Assembly (NCBI GenBank): GCA_044892525.1
Contig: CM097885.1
Location: 139,996,001 to 140,060,000 of the forward strand
DNA from: Schmidtea polychroa
Taxonomy: Eukaryota
Direction: 5' to 3'
Length of the DNA stretch: 64,000 nt
Below are positions 26,586 to 40,600 of this stretch, piece by piece. Made by a program: the position numbers and the translations under genes. The notes under the pieces were generated by a model. That model was not told where the DNA came from, did not search any database, and saw only the letters and a program-made list of their open reading frames with translations. The first letter of the stretch is position 1. Each line of letters opens with the position of its first letter.

Positions 26586-26592
26586 TGGATCT

Positions 26593-27555
26593 TCCAGAAA
26601 CGTACTCCTAATTCGAACCACTCGTATATCAAAGCAAATAACTCATAGCAAATAATGGAAACCCCAATGATTCGTTCCACAACAAAATATTTATTCAAAT
26701 AAAATGTTTAATATAAAATAAAACGAATACATATAGGTGCATAAACATAAATCACACAATTAATTTGCGTTTGGAACACCGAAATCTTTTTCTTTTGTGT
26801 AACTCTAACAACGAAACTATCAAGGTACTATTGCTTATGCCTTCCCTTTATAATTTCTCAAAAATGTGACATTACATTGTCATTTAAAGGTTGACTGCTT
26901 CCACTGCCACAACTTTATTTGGGTGGTGTTTTTCCATAACATTCTGGATTGTTTCCCACATTTTAAACATGTATTTAATCTCATTTGAAGTGAGTGATCC
27001 CTCCTGCTTTTTCTCGTCTTCCTCATACGAGATCTCATCCACAAACCTTGCTGTTGCTAGCGATGCAGATCCATTAGCTCGTCGGTGGTCAGCTCCTGGC
27101 CATGTTCCTCCAACGGCTTTTCAATGTCATCCTCATTCAATTCCAGTCACTTGTTCTTCCCCAAGGAGACAATTTCATCAAGAACTGGCAGTTCCTCTTC
27201 GTGACCTAACTCCTCACAATTATCACCTAGAATGCAGTCAGGCCACAGTTTTCTCCAAGCAGAATTGAGAGTTCTCTTGGTGCCCCTATTCCAAGCTTTA
27301 TCGATGATTTTGAGACACTTCACGATGTCGGAATGATTTTTCCAGAATTCTCGGAAGATAAGATTTGTTCCTTCAGTTACCTCAAGCCTCGTTGAAATAA
27401 TGCTTTTGGTGTAAAGCTTTTTAAAGATCGAAATGACTTGCTGATCCATGGGCTGGCGTATTGAAGTGATTTTTGGAGGAAGGAACTTCATCTTAATGAA
27501 CTCGAATTCCTCCAGTAAGTCATCCTTGAGACTTGGAGGATGAGCAGGGGGATTG
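26593..27555 (-). mobile_element. Tigger/pogo body: subterminal region plus decayed DDE_1 transposase C-terminus
   Basis: PAHP..L, FLPPKITSIRQPMDQQVI and AWRKLWP motifs; Tigger-type subterminal CACTCGTATATCAAAGC...GATTCGTTCCACAAC. Confidence 0.85.
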
Positions 27556-28618
27556 TATAAATTACACAAATATAAATTACAGTCCAAAGTATACAAAACA
27601 AAATTTGTGTAGTGTTGAAAACTGATAGTAAAATTGTGATAAAGCTTAAAAGGTTGAAACAATGAATTTCTACCAATTTGTGATCCCCACCCATGCATCC
27701 TCTACCACTATGTGAAATTAGGGTGTGTATAATTATGAAATATTTTAAGATGACAGCGCACACATACCCGAATGTTACTAAATTTATGTAGATTATTTTG
27801 GAACAAATGAAAAATTTTTTCTAGACTTATTTCATTTTCAGTACACAGACACTCGTGATTTATCACTCTGCGCATTAGTTGTTATCATACATTTTAATGA
27901 TTGTTTAAAACAATGATATTATTTAATAATTTTCTTTTCTTTTTTATTTTGCGATATTTTTAACGAATTTTATGGGTATTTTTTCATAATGATCATTTAA
28001 TTATTTTGTCTTATTTTCTCATTTAATTTCTGTACTCTTTCCAATAGTTTCTTCGTATGTTATTAAGATCAATAATTGTTCCCAAATTTTGATCTTATTA
28101 ATTAGTTTTTTTATTTATCATTCTTTTTTGTGAGTTGGCTGATTTTTCGGATGATTGTTTCTTCCTTAACTATGTTGGTGATTATAATTTTTTGCGATTA
28201 TCATTTTTATTATACATGTTTAATTATCTTCGTGGTGTCGTGTACTTTAGATTTTTATTCGACTTGGTGCGGTTTTCATACTATATATTTTCGACACATT
28301 TAAACAAACTCACAATTTTTTTTTGTGTTCGAATGATAGTTCCTTGACCTTTAATTGGTAAGGACCTAACAAATTTCAATTACCTTAAGTTCTTTCTACA
28401 CTAAAGATTGATATTTGTTTTATTGTCTGAAAAGAAATGAATATATATGAAAATTAAAATAGATCAATAGTGAAAAAATAAAGATTTTATTGTTATTTGA
28501 CTAACTAACATTTGAATATAATATTTATAATATAAATAATTTTGATTGATTTGTTTATTTATTTAAACTAAATTCTTTAATTAAATTTAAATTTGTTAGA
28601 AATATCTATTCTTAAATA

Positions 28619-31600
28619 ATGATCAAGTACGGTATTTATAAGCACGTGTGTAAGGTAGGAAGGAATTCTTTTATTTCATATATTTTCTATTGTATAATCA
28701 GAACTCTTGGTGTTTGTCATTTATTAACAAACTTTATACAACTGCTATTCCAACAACAGAAATTTCTACTTTGCCAAATAATTTTCGAGTGGTTTCAGAA
28801 AAGTGGAATACACAAACTTCAACTGTTGGCATATGGATTGATGCAGGTAGTCGTTATGAGAATCGTGAAAACAATGGTTCCGCTCATTTTCTTGAACATA
28901 TGGCATTCAAGGGTACAAATAAAAGAACTCAGACTTCATTAGAACTAGAAGTAGAGAACAAAGGTGCTCATTTGAATGCATACACTTCAAGAGAAATGAC
29001 AGCATATTATGCTAAATGTCTTAATAAAGATATTGAATGGGGTAATACTTTATATTAAATGTATAATTTAAACAATAAAAATTTAGCTGTTGAATTACTA
29101 GCCGATATCGTAAGGAATAGTACATTAGAAAACGATTTCATTGAAAAAGAGAGAGGAGTTATTTTAAGAGAAGCTGAGGTTTAATTTAAATTTATAAAAT
29201 TTTTATGAAATATTATAAATTAATTATATATTATTTTTGATCAGAACTCGAATTAAATAAATTAGAAATTCTGAATTAACATATCTATTCTTGTACCTGT
29301 GTTATTTAGATATTTTTTAGCTAAATTATTACATGAACAATTGCATTTTTTTTGTTTATTGGACGATTAATGCATTATGTGCGTTCATTCCATATGAGAT
29401 TTGTCATTAAATTAAGTATTTCTGTGTCTTAAATAATTTCGTTTCTAAATTTCGGTAATCCAAAATATGTTCATTCACAATCAGGATTATCAAAAATCCG
29501 ATTCGAGGTGGAAAATTTCAACCAACATAACTCAGACAAGATTGCTTGACGCTTTTATGATCGATTTGATACATAGTCATTAAACATGACACTTCTTTTT
29601 ATAAATACTTATTATTTTATAAATATTCGTGTTTCAATTTTGCCATTTTTCTCGCTATATCACGTAATGATCAATTTGTAAATCATTGTAAATCATTGTA
29701 AATCTACCCAATTGAACCAATTTAAATTAAATATTTAGAGAAATATCTAGAATTAGTATGGAATCGGGATATTTGCAAAATTCAATTGATAAGAATTTTT
29801 TTTTAAATTTAATTATCAATTGAATATCAAAAACATCGATGCTGATTCATAGTCTTCAAGTTTGTTAATAAATACAATGTCAATTGCAAAGAAATCATTG
29901 GTGAAAAATGAAAAAAGTTTTTATTTTCAATAAATATATTTAATCTTAACAATTAATAATTTAAAAGAAATTTTTAAATAAATTTTTTAACCTAATAATT
30001 CAATACAGTTGAAAGCAACAGCAATTCACATAAACTCAATTTAACATCCAAACTATTTAGACATTCTTCATATATCGTACGTTCCAAATAATTATTAAAT
30101 GTTTATTAAAATTTAAAAAATGAGTTGATTTGTTGATGAAGAATGGGTTTTCGAAATCATTTTTGTTTATAAATATTTATATGCCTGAGTGTAATATGAC
30201 TAGTGTGTAAAACGCATCGTGAGGTAAATGACAATAATAGTGCGTATGAGAGATGAGCTCAAATCTGTGTTGGTATTTTCATTCTCAGAACGTTTCACAG
30301 ATTATAAGAAAAAGATAAGCAAGTTGTTGGGGAACTTAAATTATTTCGTGCACAGTACGGAATATGTTTATTAATAAGTGTAAAGCTTATGTTGGATTGG
30401 GTTCGGATCTAGTTTATTAGTTTACATGTAATGAGTGCAATGCTACATACATTGTATAGAGTTCCTTATATCTCTACTCGAGTTCTTGAAAATTGTCTAC
30501 CGAAACGATCGACCAATATTAGTGACCTCAATAAGATCTGTATATGGAAAATAGGCATATTTGATTTAAATTTTATTAAAACTTTTTAATAATTATTGAT
30601 AATGTGTGGTAGCTGAAGACTTAATAATATCACTCGTTCCGAAAATTAATGTGCAAAATCCTGTTTTAAAAATCATAAAATAGCGTGGTACTTAAATTGA
30701 GTGTGTATGAATTGTTGTTTTTAAGCGTATCTAATTATTAAGTTAGATAATTTTTTTATAAATTTCTTGAAAATAGTCTTAATTGAAAAATAATTGTTAA
30801 AAATTCGTCTAATATTTTGAATGTGCAGCTCCGTGACTTATACGAGCGGCGCCTAATTATAGAATAATGTAACTTCTTGAGTGCCCTGAGTACCAAACAT
30901 TTGAAATCTATTTAGGTAACGCTTGATGTTGGACTGCTTTTATTACCATCCCCCAATTAATTAAAATATTGTGCATTAACCCTTTCAATACGATTTTTTT
31001 ATTTTAATAATTCATGTAATATTTATAGCACAAAATATTTATTGCTAATTTAGTTTGACGGGAAAAACAAATATTTAAATAAATAATCTGACAAGGGTTT
31101 ATTCATTCTAAAACGAAAATTTTGAATATATAGGTTATTCAATACTAATGGGACACTATCCCAATAATTAACACTATTGGGACATATAAGTTCCATAAGT
31201 CCCATATAAGTCCATTTTGTCTACTGTTTGTTAGCAACATCTAGACTGACAAAATTTTATAGAAAAGAAAAAAACAACAGGTTTGGACTTGTTTACGACC
31301 CTATGACCGTACAGTACTAAAATCCCAGATCCCAATGCATTTGCAAGCATTTAAATTATTTTAGTAATTATTAGAAATTCTCTGGGACAATATGTCCCTA
31401 CAGTATTGAAAGGGTTAAGTGGTTCAATCTCTAATTTCTTTAGTTTTTTCTATCCTATCCGACCATGGCGGGTACCTTTAGAAGAATATCGTAAACCTTA
31501 TTTTTGAGTGGCGCCTATTTTCAACAATTTAACTTTGTGAATTTTTAGGAAATTGCAAGCACTTATCAAGAAGTTGTTTTTGATTATTTACATGAAACTG

Positions 31601-34600
31601 CTTATCAAGGGACATCCCTGGGTCAGACGATACTAGGCAGTGAGGATAATATTAGATCACTGAGTCGAAACGATTTCAAACAATTTATTAATGCACATTA
31701 TATAAGTCCCAAAATGATTCTCACAACAGTAGGAGGCATTGAACATCAAACGATGGTTGATTTATCAAAAAAATATTTTGGAGATTTATCTGGAGGATCA
31801 GGAGAAAGAATTGTACCTCCTACTTTTTATACAGGATCTGAAAAGAGAGAGGAAAATAATCTAGTATCCCAAGCATATATTGCTTTAGCCTGTGAAGGGC
31901 CCGGTTGGATCCACACTGACACATTGGCATTGATGATAGCTAGCTCTGTCAATGGAGCTTGGGATCGTAGTCACCCAAGCTTGGGACAATCAAACGCTTA
32001 TTTAGCAGATAATTTCTTTGCTTCAGGAAACGTTCACAGTTTTCAGAACTTTTTCACGTGCTATCACGATACATCTCTCTGGTGAGTGAATAAAGTTCCT
32101 TAATCTATTTTAATGTTAAGCTAATTTCACATTTTTTATTTTTTGATCATTTCTCAACGCAATTTAATGAAGATCTTAGAAAATAATTTACATGGTTATT
32201 AATAATTGTAAAGAATTTATTAATAATTATAAAGAAAATATAAATAATCATATAAAAATTACAAATATGTTATGAAGACTAAATTAAATTTATATTTTAA
32301 TCAAAAGACATTCGATTAAAAGCTAAATCGAGATACTTACGCATGTTTTTATAAAAATTATCAAAACAGAGACATTATTATTCATATTCCCAATTGTAGA
32401 GCTGACATTATTGATAATACCCGTGGCATTTTGAGGACGTGGTATAATAGTGAAGTATCTATTTTTTAGACAGGAGAATATTTCTTTGATAGGATTCAAT
32501 TGCGTGCTATAGGGGGCAGATAAGCATGATCAACATTATTGTTTTCAAACCACGTAGCAACCTCTCGTGTCTTGTGAAACTTTACATTATCCATTAGAAT
32601 AACCTTATCAGGAGAAAAATAGCCTAAATTTTTACATTCTATTATAAACTCTAAAAACAGACTACCATTATACGGACCTTCGACTAATTTAAAATGCAGA
32701 ATTTTTTCGTTTGAAATTATCGACAATAAACTAATATTTCTTCCTCAGTTGGTTGGAACAGTTATTGCATAGGGTGGAGCTTAAAAAATAAAAAAAATAA
32801 AAAAATAATTTTTGAAAGTCTTACCCCCCTAATCTGTTCCTTATGGTATAGAAACACTGTATAAAAAGTTTAAGCAATAAATTTTTATGTTTAGAGGTAG
32901 CTCAAGTGCCTGAAATATGATAAAATTTTTGTAAATTCAACAAATTCTGATTCTATTTTATTTTTTTGCAAACTTCAGTGTTACACACATAGACATTAAT
33001 AGTGAAATGTTTCTTTAGCTTCTGACACAAACAATCTGTAAATGTCCAGCAAACTTGAAATTAACTGTTATTATGTAAACCCAGAGATGGCGGACAGAGT
33101 CTTTTTCCTGCTGTCGGGATACATTTTGCGATGGTCCTGGACAACTTGCAGCAAGAATTGAAGTTGTGTTTCATCACGGGTGATTAATCCACTGTATTCC
33201 TGAATGAGGGCCACTCCACGCTCAGCATGGTCATTTACAACTTTTAGAGATGTAACTGTTTCTGCAGCTTGTTTGTAATCATCTCTGTCTCCCCACAAGT
33301 CTGGGTCAACTGCAAGAAATCCATCTGGCAGTTCAAGCTGTTGAAGCAGAATCATTGATTTAGCTGTGACAAAATCTTCCAAGTTTTTCTCTTTGAATGA
33401 ACCAAGAGCAACTGTGATACGTTTGCAATGATCAGAATCCTGGTTTTCATCATTTTGCATGGCACTCACCATCAGTCGTTTGGTTGACGAACTGACCCGA
33501 CTGTCGAAAAAAGCCAAGCTTACCAGTTTCTCAGATAAGTACCACAAATGATTTGCAAACTTGCGAGATGTTGCCTTTGAAATGGCTGCATGTATTGATG
33601 AGTACTCGAGCAGCGACTTCAGCAGCAGCAAGTCACTGAATGGAGCACCTGCTGCTTGAGGTGCAGATATCCAAGCTTTCAGGTACACTCGTACTGCAAA
33701 TACACAAACATCACGCAACCCTCGCTCTTCTGCAGTAGTCAGCTTGAACTGCGCCTTGAACATCCAAATTTTTAGGCTGTATATCACCTTGGACATCCAA
33801 CGAGCATGGTGCATTGCACCAGGTGCCATGAACCGTACACCTCTGGGAGGAGCAGCACCGAGGAAGACAATTACAAGTTCCAAGAATTCTTTATAGTCAT
33901 CTCTCGGCTGACTCTGTTCAAGATACTTGTTGGCATAATCGACGGTGTCTTGCTTTATATCCTCCAGTAAACTTGCTACGTCATCAGCTGTAGTGCCTGC
34001 TTCATACTTAGCCGTATCTATAAATCTCCAGAACTCTTGAAAGCGTTTGAAGAGTGCAACTTCTGGGGAGGATGAGGCTCCCATGCAGACCTGGAAAACT
34101 GCCCCAATTATCAGTTCCATAATGTGGTGCCTACAAGCCAGTGATAACAACTCCTTCTGAAGCTTCTGCTCTAACAGTACACAGGCACCAGCAATCCGAC
34201 CAGTGTTTGAGCTAGTAGTGTCAAAACACATAGCTCGGATACTCTTGGCTATGCCCCAGTCTTTGATGGCTTCATATACAGCAGCAGCCTGAGCTTCGGC
34301 TGTTCCAGATGGAAGCTTAGCAACTGTAAGTAGCTGAGATACTCCTTTTCCAGAAACCAAAACCGGCAGTCGATCAACCTTCTCCTTTCCAATCAGATCA
34401 GGAATCAGTTTGCCGTCTCAATGAACTACAAGTGGTACATTATCCTGGAACTTTGCTTTTATGTTGGCAGCTCTCTGAACTCGATGTTCTACCCTAAGTC
34501 GTCGAATCGAGTCTCTGTTTAGAGCAAGTTCATCGATGTTCTGTCCCAGGCTTTTAGCAGTTTCTGCAATAACGAAAACAGCCTTGCGATCTGACACTTT

Positions 34601-37600
34601 AGTTCTATCTAAAGCTACTGCAAGTTATGGAGTAATAACAGTTTTTCGCCCCCTCTTTCTTTTTGGCGTCCGAAATGCGCTGCCTCCTGCAGCATCATCA
34701 CTCAGATTTTCTCCACTTTTCATGTTTCCACCATCTAAGCTGGTTTCAGAAGATGACGATATCATTTCAGCGGTAGAAGCTGCTAACTGCTTCACTTGCT
34801 CCATTCGCTGTCGCCTCGCAAGCATTTGCTCATCTCGTTCAAATGATCTTTTCTCCTTAGCAGCAAGTTTTTCATCTGCACCAGTCATCGACCCCCTTCT
34901 TCCTTTTTCTCTCTGGGCTAACAAGAAATTTTTATCTTCCTGTAGTACCGAGGGGCTGGTCAGTGCATCAGCATGAGCAAGATCAAAGAGATCTTCGAGC
35001 TTGGAACTATAAGCTGATTCTCTCGCTAGTTGAGTTGCTGATAATCGTGCCTTGTTCTTTTTCAGAAGACGCCATTCTTCAAATGCATGCTCAACCTTGG
35101 TTTGGCAGTTTTGATGATCTCTCATCGGGATCCTCGCTTTCTGCCAAAACTTCGATACTTCTGTAATGGTAACAGCCGATGATTGTCTTATTGTCTCTTT
35201 CAGTTCCAGATGGTGATGTAGGAAGAGTCCAAGAGCCATACGTAAAGATGGCAGCTTGCTGCCACGTAACTGAGTCACGGAATCGCCAAGAAGATACAAC
35301 TCAGTTTGAGATCGTGTTGCTTTTGCAACTGATGACATTTTCTTACAGAAATGAATCTGAAATGAATATTATAAAAATAGCATTGACTTTGGAATCATGA
35401 ATTGATATGTTAATTTGAATAATTGTATTACAAAATTCACATTTACTTATCTAACTAATCTATATCTTCATTTAATTACTATTCACACTTAAACATTGAA
35501 AATAACATTCAACTAACTTACCAGCAGCTATAGATTCAGGAAGGCTTGCTTCACTTCAGTGGCCTACCAGCAATTTAATGCTCACTTTAATAGTAGTGTT
35601 ATCAACTGTTTACAATTTAAATTTATAAACACATTTGTCAAACTCCTGCAATAGCCAGTCCACACAGTAAACATACTAAACAAGTCTGATCATGCCTGGA
35701 CTATGAAGAATTTGTGTTAATTGTATATTGTAAAAATAGGATTGAAATGTTGTATGATTATCAGAGTCTGAGAAAGTCTCAATTTACTTAGTTCTCAGTT
35801 ACTATAGTAAAGTACCGTAAATAAATGGGCGGCCGCTGCTTAAGAGTATCAGAAACTTCTCTGTCCTTGAGCTACCCCTAAATATTGTTCAATTGTGTTC
35901 ATATTTTGCCTAAATTTTTCTTTCATATATAGGAACAGAATGGGAGGGTAAGAAGGTAATATTTTGAAAGTTCAAAAATAAGCTCCACCCTATTATTGCA
36001 GCTGGAGTATGCAAATTAAACCCGGTCTCATCCAGATATAAAATGGCATTATTTCTTATATTTCTGAATTTCAAAGCAAATATTTTTCTTTGCAATCAAT
36101 TCAGGAGATTCTACTTTAATTGGCCTTTTCTTAAGTCTTTTCCTCGTTAAATTAAGTTTTTTTCAAATAGAGAGAAACAGTGGGTTGGCTTATATTAATA
36201 TTCTCAGTTTCTAAAAAATTAGCAATCCCTGTTTGGTTAAAGGAATTATCATGTTGAATGCATTCCCCAACCTTAAGAACTTTTTCTCTAATGCCAAGGG
36301 CTGCTCTTCCAGGTTTCTTGAACTGAATGTTTTTATAAAATCTTAATCGTCAGCCTGTTCAATTTTAGTTAGCCATTTATATACAGACTTATTCGAAATC
36401 TTCAACACTCTGGCCAATTTTGCGACGTCGTCACCTTCAGACTTCATATCCTTCAAAAGTTCAAGAGTTTTTTGCGTGATGGCTGTTCTTCTTTTCCTGG
36501 GATTATTTGATTGTTCTTCTAAGCCGAGGATATTCGTAAATGCATTTTTGTGTTCAGGACTCATGGGTACTTTATGATTTTTCTTTATAATTATTAATAA
36601 ACTCTTTATAATGATTAATAAATTCTTTATAATTATTAATAACCCTGTATTATATATTAAAATTAAAATTCTCTGAACAATTGAGGCATTTCTAATTGTA
36701 ATATTAATGTCAATATCGACCACAAATATTTTAATTGATTTATGTATGATATTCAAAATTAATATAGCTATTTTCTATTTTTGAATATAGATTGACTAGC
36801 TGTTGTACCCGGCTTCGCCCGAGTTTACATTTATTATAATAATTCATTTAAATTAATTTTTTGTTTAATGATGTTATTACGTTCCAGTATTAATTTTATA
36901 ACAGCTTCAATTCCATGTTTAATTCACAATAAGAAAAGCTTTCAAAATAAATTTCAATTTCTAAAGTCGAAAACGCACTCCAATTTAAATCGAAAAATAA
37001 CTGGCAATATTTTACCAATTGCAAACTGGTTCACTAATCAAATAAAATTCAAATTCTCCATGTTTGAATTTTGCTTTGAAAACTTTTGACTAAATTATAT
37101 TACTTTCAACTGCAAGTAGCAAGCAGTTATTATTTATATGATAAATTGCTGACTGAACAGACAAACAAACCGGCTAAGGGTACTCTAGGGTGGTCACCTG
37201 GGGGTGAGTCATAGCCTATGACAGGGGTGGAACCTTTTTAGATTGCGCGCAAATATTTTAAAATTGAAAAATAAAAACACGCTATGAAGTTGGCGTGCCA
37301 AGTACATTTTTTAGCATTTTAATTGATTTCGTTACATACCATGTGTTCTCACATTAAATGTTTCAAGTCTAGTTTAGTCAAAAAGAATAGTTATAACTGC
37401 AATTTTAACAAAACTACAATTACTATAATAGTATAACTTTACTATAAGAATATATTTAATGTGATTTAGTGACTTAGTAAAATCAATGTGACTTTTGCTG
37501 TTGTATGGTGGAGAATATTTTGTATTCTTCAAAGCTACACAAGCTGCACTTAAGTCGTCAGTCAAACTGTTTCTGGTGTCTGATTTTATAAAGTTCATCG

Positions 37601-40600
37601 ATGAAAACAATGATTTGCACGAGTAACTAGTTGAGACAATTGACAAAATCGAAATCGCTACTAAGTTTCAGTAAGACAATTCCAGACACCTCGTTTTCAG
37701 CTGGTAGCTGCGGTTCTGATCCATTGCAGCGCTCACGTTCAATTCTTTCTAGTCGCACTCGTAAGTCAACAAACTTTTGTTTCCAAATTGAGCTTGACTG
37801 TAGTTCAACTAACTGCATTTCAAAAACTTGTAATTCCATCCAGTCGAACATTGTTAAATCCAAATTTTCAAACTCGACTGTATCTGGATATTTTATAAAT
37901 TTTGTTGTGTTTTCAAACTTTCTAAACTGAACAAAACGCACTGAAAATTGTTCGAGGGTTGCGTCGATTGTCTATAAAAATAACAAAATCTGAGCTTCTT
38001 TGGATTTCTATTTCAGTATAAAATCTTTTAAGTATTTGAAAATATTGAAACTCTTGTTTTTCCAAATCACGTTTGAAAATTTTCAACTTCTTTTCAAATG
38101 CTTTTATAACGTCAAAAGCCTCGTCAACGGTTTTTTCAAAACCTTGCAATTTAGTGTTAAGTTCATTTAGATGTGAAGTAAAATCTGTAAAGAGCATTAG
38201 TCTGTTGAGCCAGTTAACATCAGTTAACTCTGAATACTTCTGTTTGTTGTCTCCCATAAACATTCGAATTTCACCAAGGCATTCCACGAAACGTTCCAGC
38301 ACACGACTTCTGCTAAGTCAGCGAACACTATTGTACATTAGTAACCCAGAGTAAACGGACTGGACTTCATTTAACAGCAGTTCAAATTTTCTCTTATTCA
38401 AAGCACAAGCAGTAATGAAATTTACAATTTTTGTTACAATTTTCATAACATCTTCAAATTCCTTCAAACCGGATTTTGCACACAAGGCTTCTTGGTGCAC
38501 AATACAGTGAAACGCGACCAGTGGGTGTTCAACATGTTTCGTAAACAAATTCACGAAACCCGCATCTTTTCCAGTCATACTTGGTGCACCGTCAGTCGTT
38601 ACAGAGACTATTTTATTTACGTCTAAATCTGCATTTTTAAGTTCATCCACGACTTTTTGGCATATTTCTGCACCCGTTGTTGTTCCAGATAATTTAGTTA
38701 GTTTTATTAGTTCTTCGCGCATTTCGTTTAATTTCGGATATCTAGCAATGATGGCTAATCGAGCAGACGATGTTACATCAGTACTCTCGTCCAGACAAAT
38801 AGAGAAGGCCTGTCATAACATGATGTCTTCTTTTAATTGATTCTCAATATTTGAATTCAAGTTAATTATTCTCTCTTTTACTGTATTTCGACTAATTGCC
38901 AGATCTTTTATTCGCTGAAAAATTTTGTCTTTATTTGGAAAATCTTCAAACAAATATGGTGCTAGCCACGTTTCTTTGATTTAATCACCATCACTGAAAG
39001 GCTTGCCATGATTAGCTATTATTTTGGAAACTTCAAAACTTGCAGACACTAAGTTAGATGTACTTTTAACAAACTTTACAAACGAACAGGATTGTAAATT
39101 TGCAATTTTTAACTGGCGCAATATATATTCTTTTTGTTCATCTTCGCTTTTGCCAAGAAGCCACTTGTGATTACTTTCATAGTGACGTTTAACTGAAGAT
39201 GTTCGACAAACAACGCTTTCAGAACACAAGACACACAAGGCCTTACTTTGTTTATTGGTTACTCCATATCGTTCAGTCCACCAATCTTGGAATTCCCTGC
39301 CACTTTCTTCTTCTGAAAGTTTTATTTTTTTTGCTTTGAACACGACATTTTATTTAGCAAAATTTCTATTTCTAAATTAAATATTTACAAAAAAATTAAA
39401 TCTTTCACCAATAATCATGTCAACAAGATATCTGCGTCATCAAATTCGTGCGCATCTTAACTTGCTTATTTTTACTTGTTAAAACAAATGCAGAATATAC
39501 AAAAAATGATAGAAAATAATTTATAGATTTAATCATAAGAAATATATATTCTCCCATCTGAAAATGACATATTGTTCGATTCCTAGTTAACGTTTTCAAA
39601 AATATTTGCACAATAAATTCATGCTGATGTGTTAAATAGCGATTTCAATGATTTTATACTATTAAAATTTACACAAATTTGTTTTATCTCAAAGGTTTGG
39701 CGTGCCGCACGAAATCGTCTCGCGTAACACTTTCGGCACGCGTGTCATAGGTTTGCCAGCGCTGGCCTATGACCTGTCCCGAGTCAAATGATGGCGACAT
39801 GCAAAATTTCAGCACCCTAGGTCCAACGGTGGGGGATTATATGGGTAACAAACATACAAACTTTATATATTAGATGTAACGAAGATAAAAGAAATTGTAA
39901 ATAAAAACAGATAAAATGTAAAGAAAATTAACGATTTATGAAGCGTTCCTTTAATGACTGTATTTTTATGATTGGGTGTGTGTAGATAGTCGTGCCTGTG
40001 TGTTTCAATTACCTATTTGACCTTAAAATTAAGGGTTAGAGGGTATGAGGGGCGACCATGTATTTAGAGGGTCGACCTTAAATTTTCGAAATTTGGACCT
40101 TGGCTTCAAAATTTGACCTTAAAATGTCCACAAAATGACATTGACCTTAATTTGACCTCAAAATTTTTGTGAGCTCACTTCTACCTACTACTCATATACC
40201 AACGTGAAATAGGAAAAAATTAATAATGACAATATATAAGACCTTTAATAACAAATTAAACAACTAACCTATTATATGTGTTATTTTCAAAATTGACATT
40301 ACATCCGGTTGGGGGCCGTCCATAAAGTACGTCACGCTCCCCAGGGAGGGGTGTAAGAAAATGTGACAGGAGGAGGAGGGTTCAGGCTATGTGTGACGTC
40401 ACACATTTTTTTAAATTTCATTTTAATTTTTTTTTAATTTATGAAATATTATATTATATTTAGAATAAATTTTAATTAAGTGTTAATTAAAAAGAATTCG
40501 AAATTGTGACGTACTTTAGGGTAGAGGGCTTGAGATTTACGACAGTTTGTGGCATGGTGGAGGAAGGGGGTTCAAAATTGTCAAAAATAGCGTGATGTAC

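Larger units (their letters stand above)
18234..26592 (-). mobile_element. Unclassified ~3.2-kb insertion (excluding the nested gypsy) encoding a repeat protein
   Basis: Interrupts the Tigger end. The coding strand ends AATAAAATTTGA plus 22 T. A 21-bp terminal sequence (26572-26592) is repeated at 25866-25886. No RT or DDE motifs seen; no TSD. Confidence 0.65.
32440..36564 (-). mobile_element. Decayed IS630/Tc1-type transposase split by the hATm insertion
   Basis: HTH-like N-terminus from 36564; YLDETGF before the insertion and [16 protein letters not shown] after it; sequence joins across the TTATTGCA TSD. Confidence 0.8.
36795..39875 (+). mobile_element. Non-autonomous Helitron-like (Lep1/HINE-type) element of ~0.5 kb, split by a hAT insertion
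   Basis: Starts ACTAGCTGTTGTACCCGGCTTCGCCCG; ends CATGCAAAATTTCA...ACAAACATACAAACTTTATATATTAGAT; layout resembles Lep1-like elements. Confidence 0.5.
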
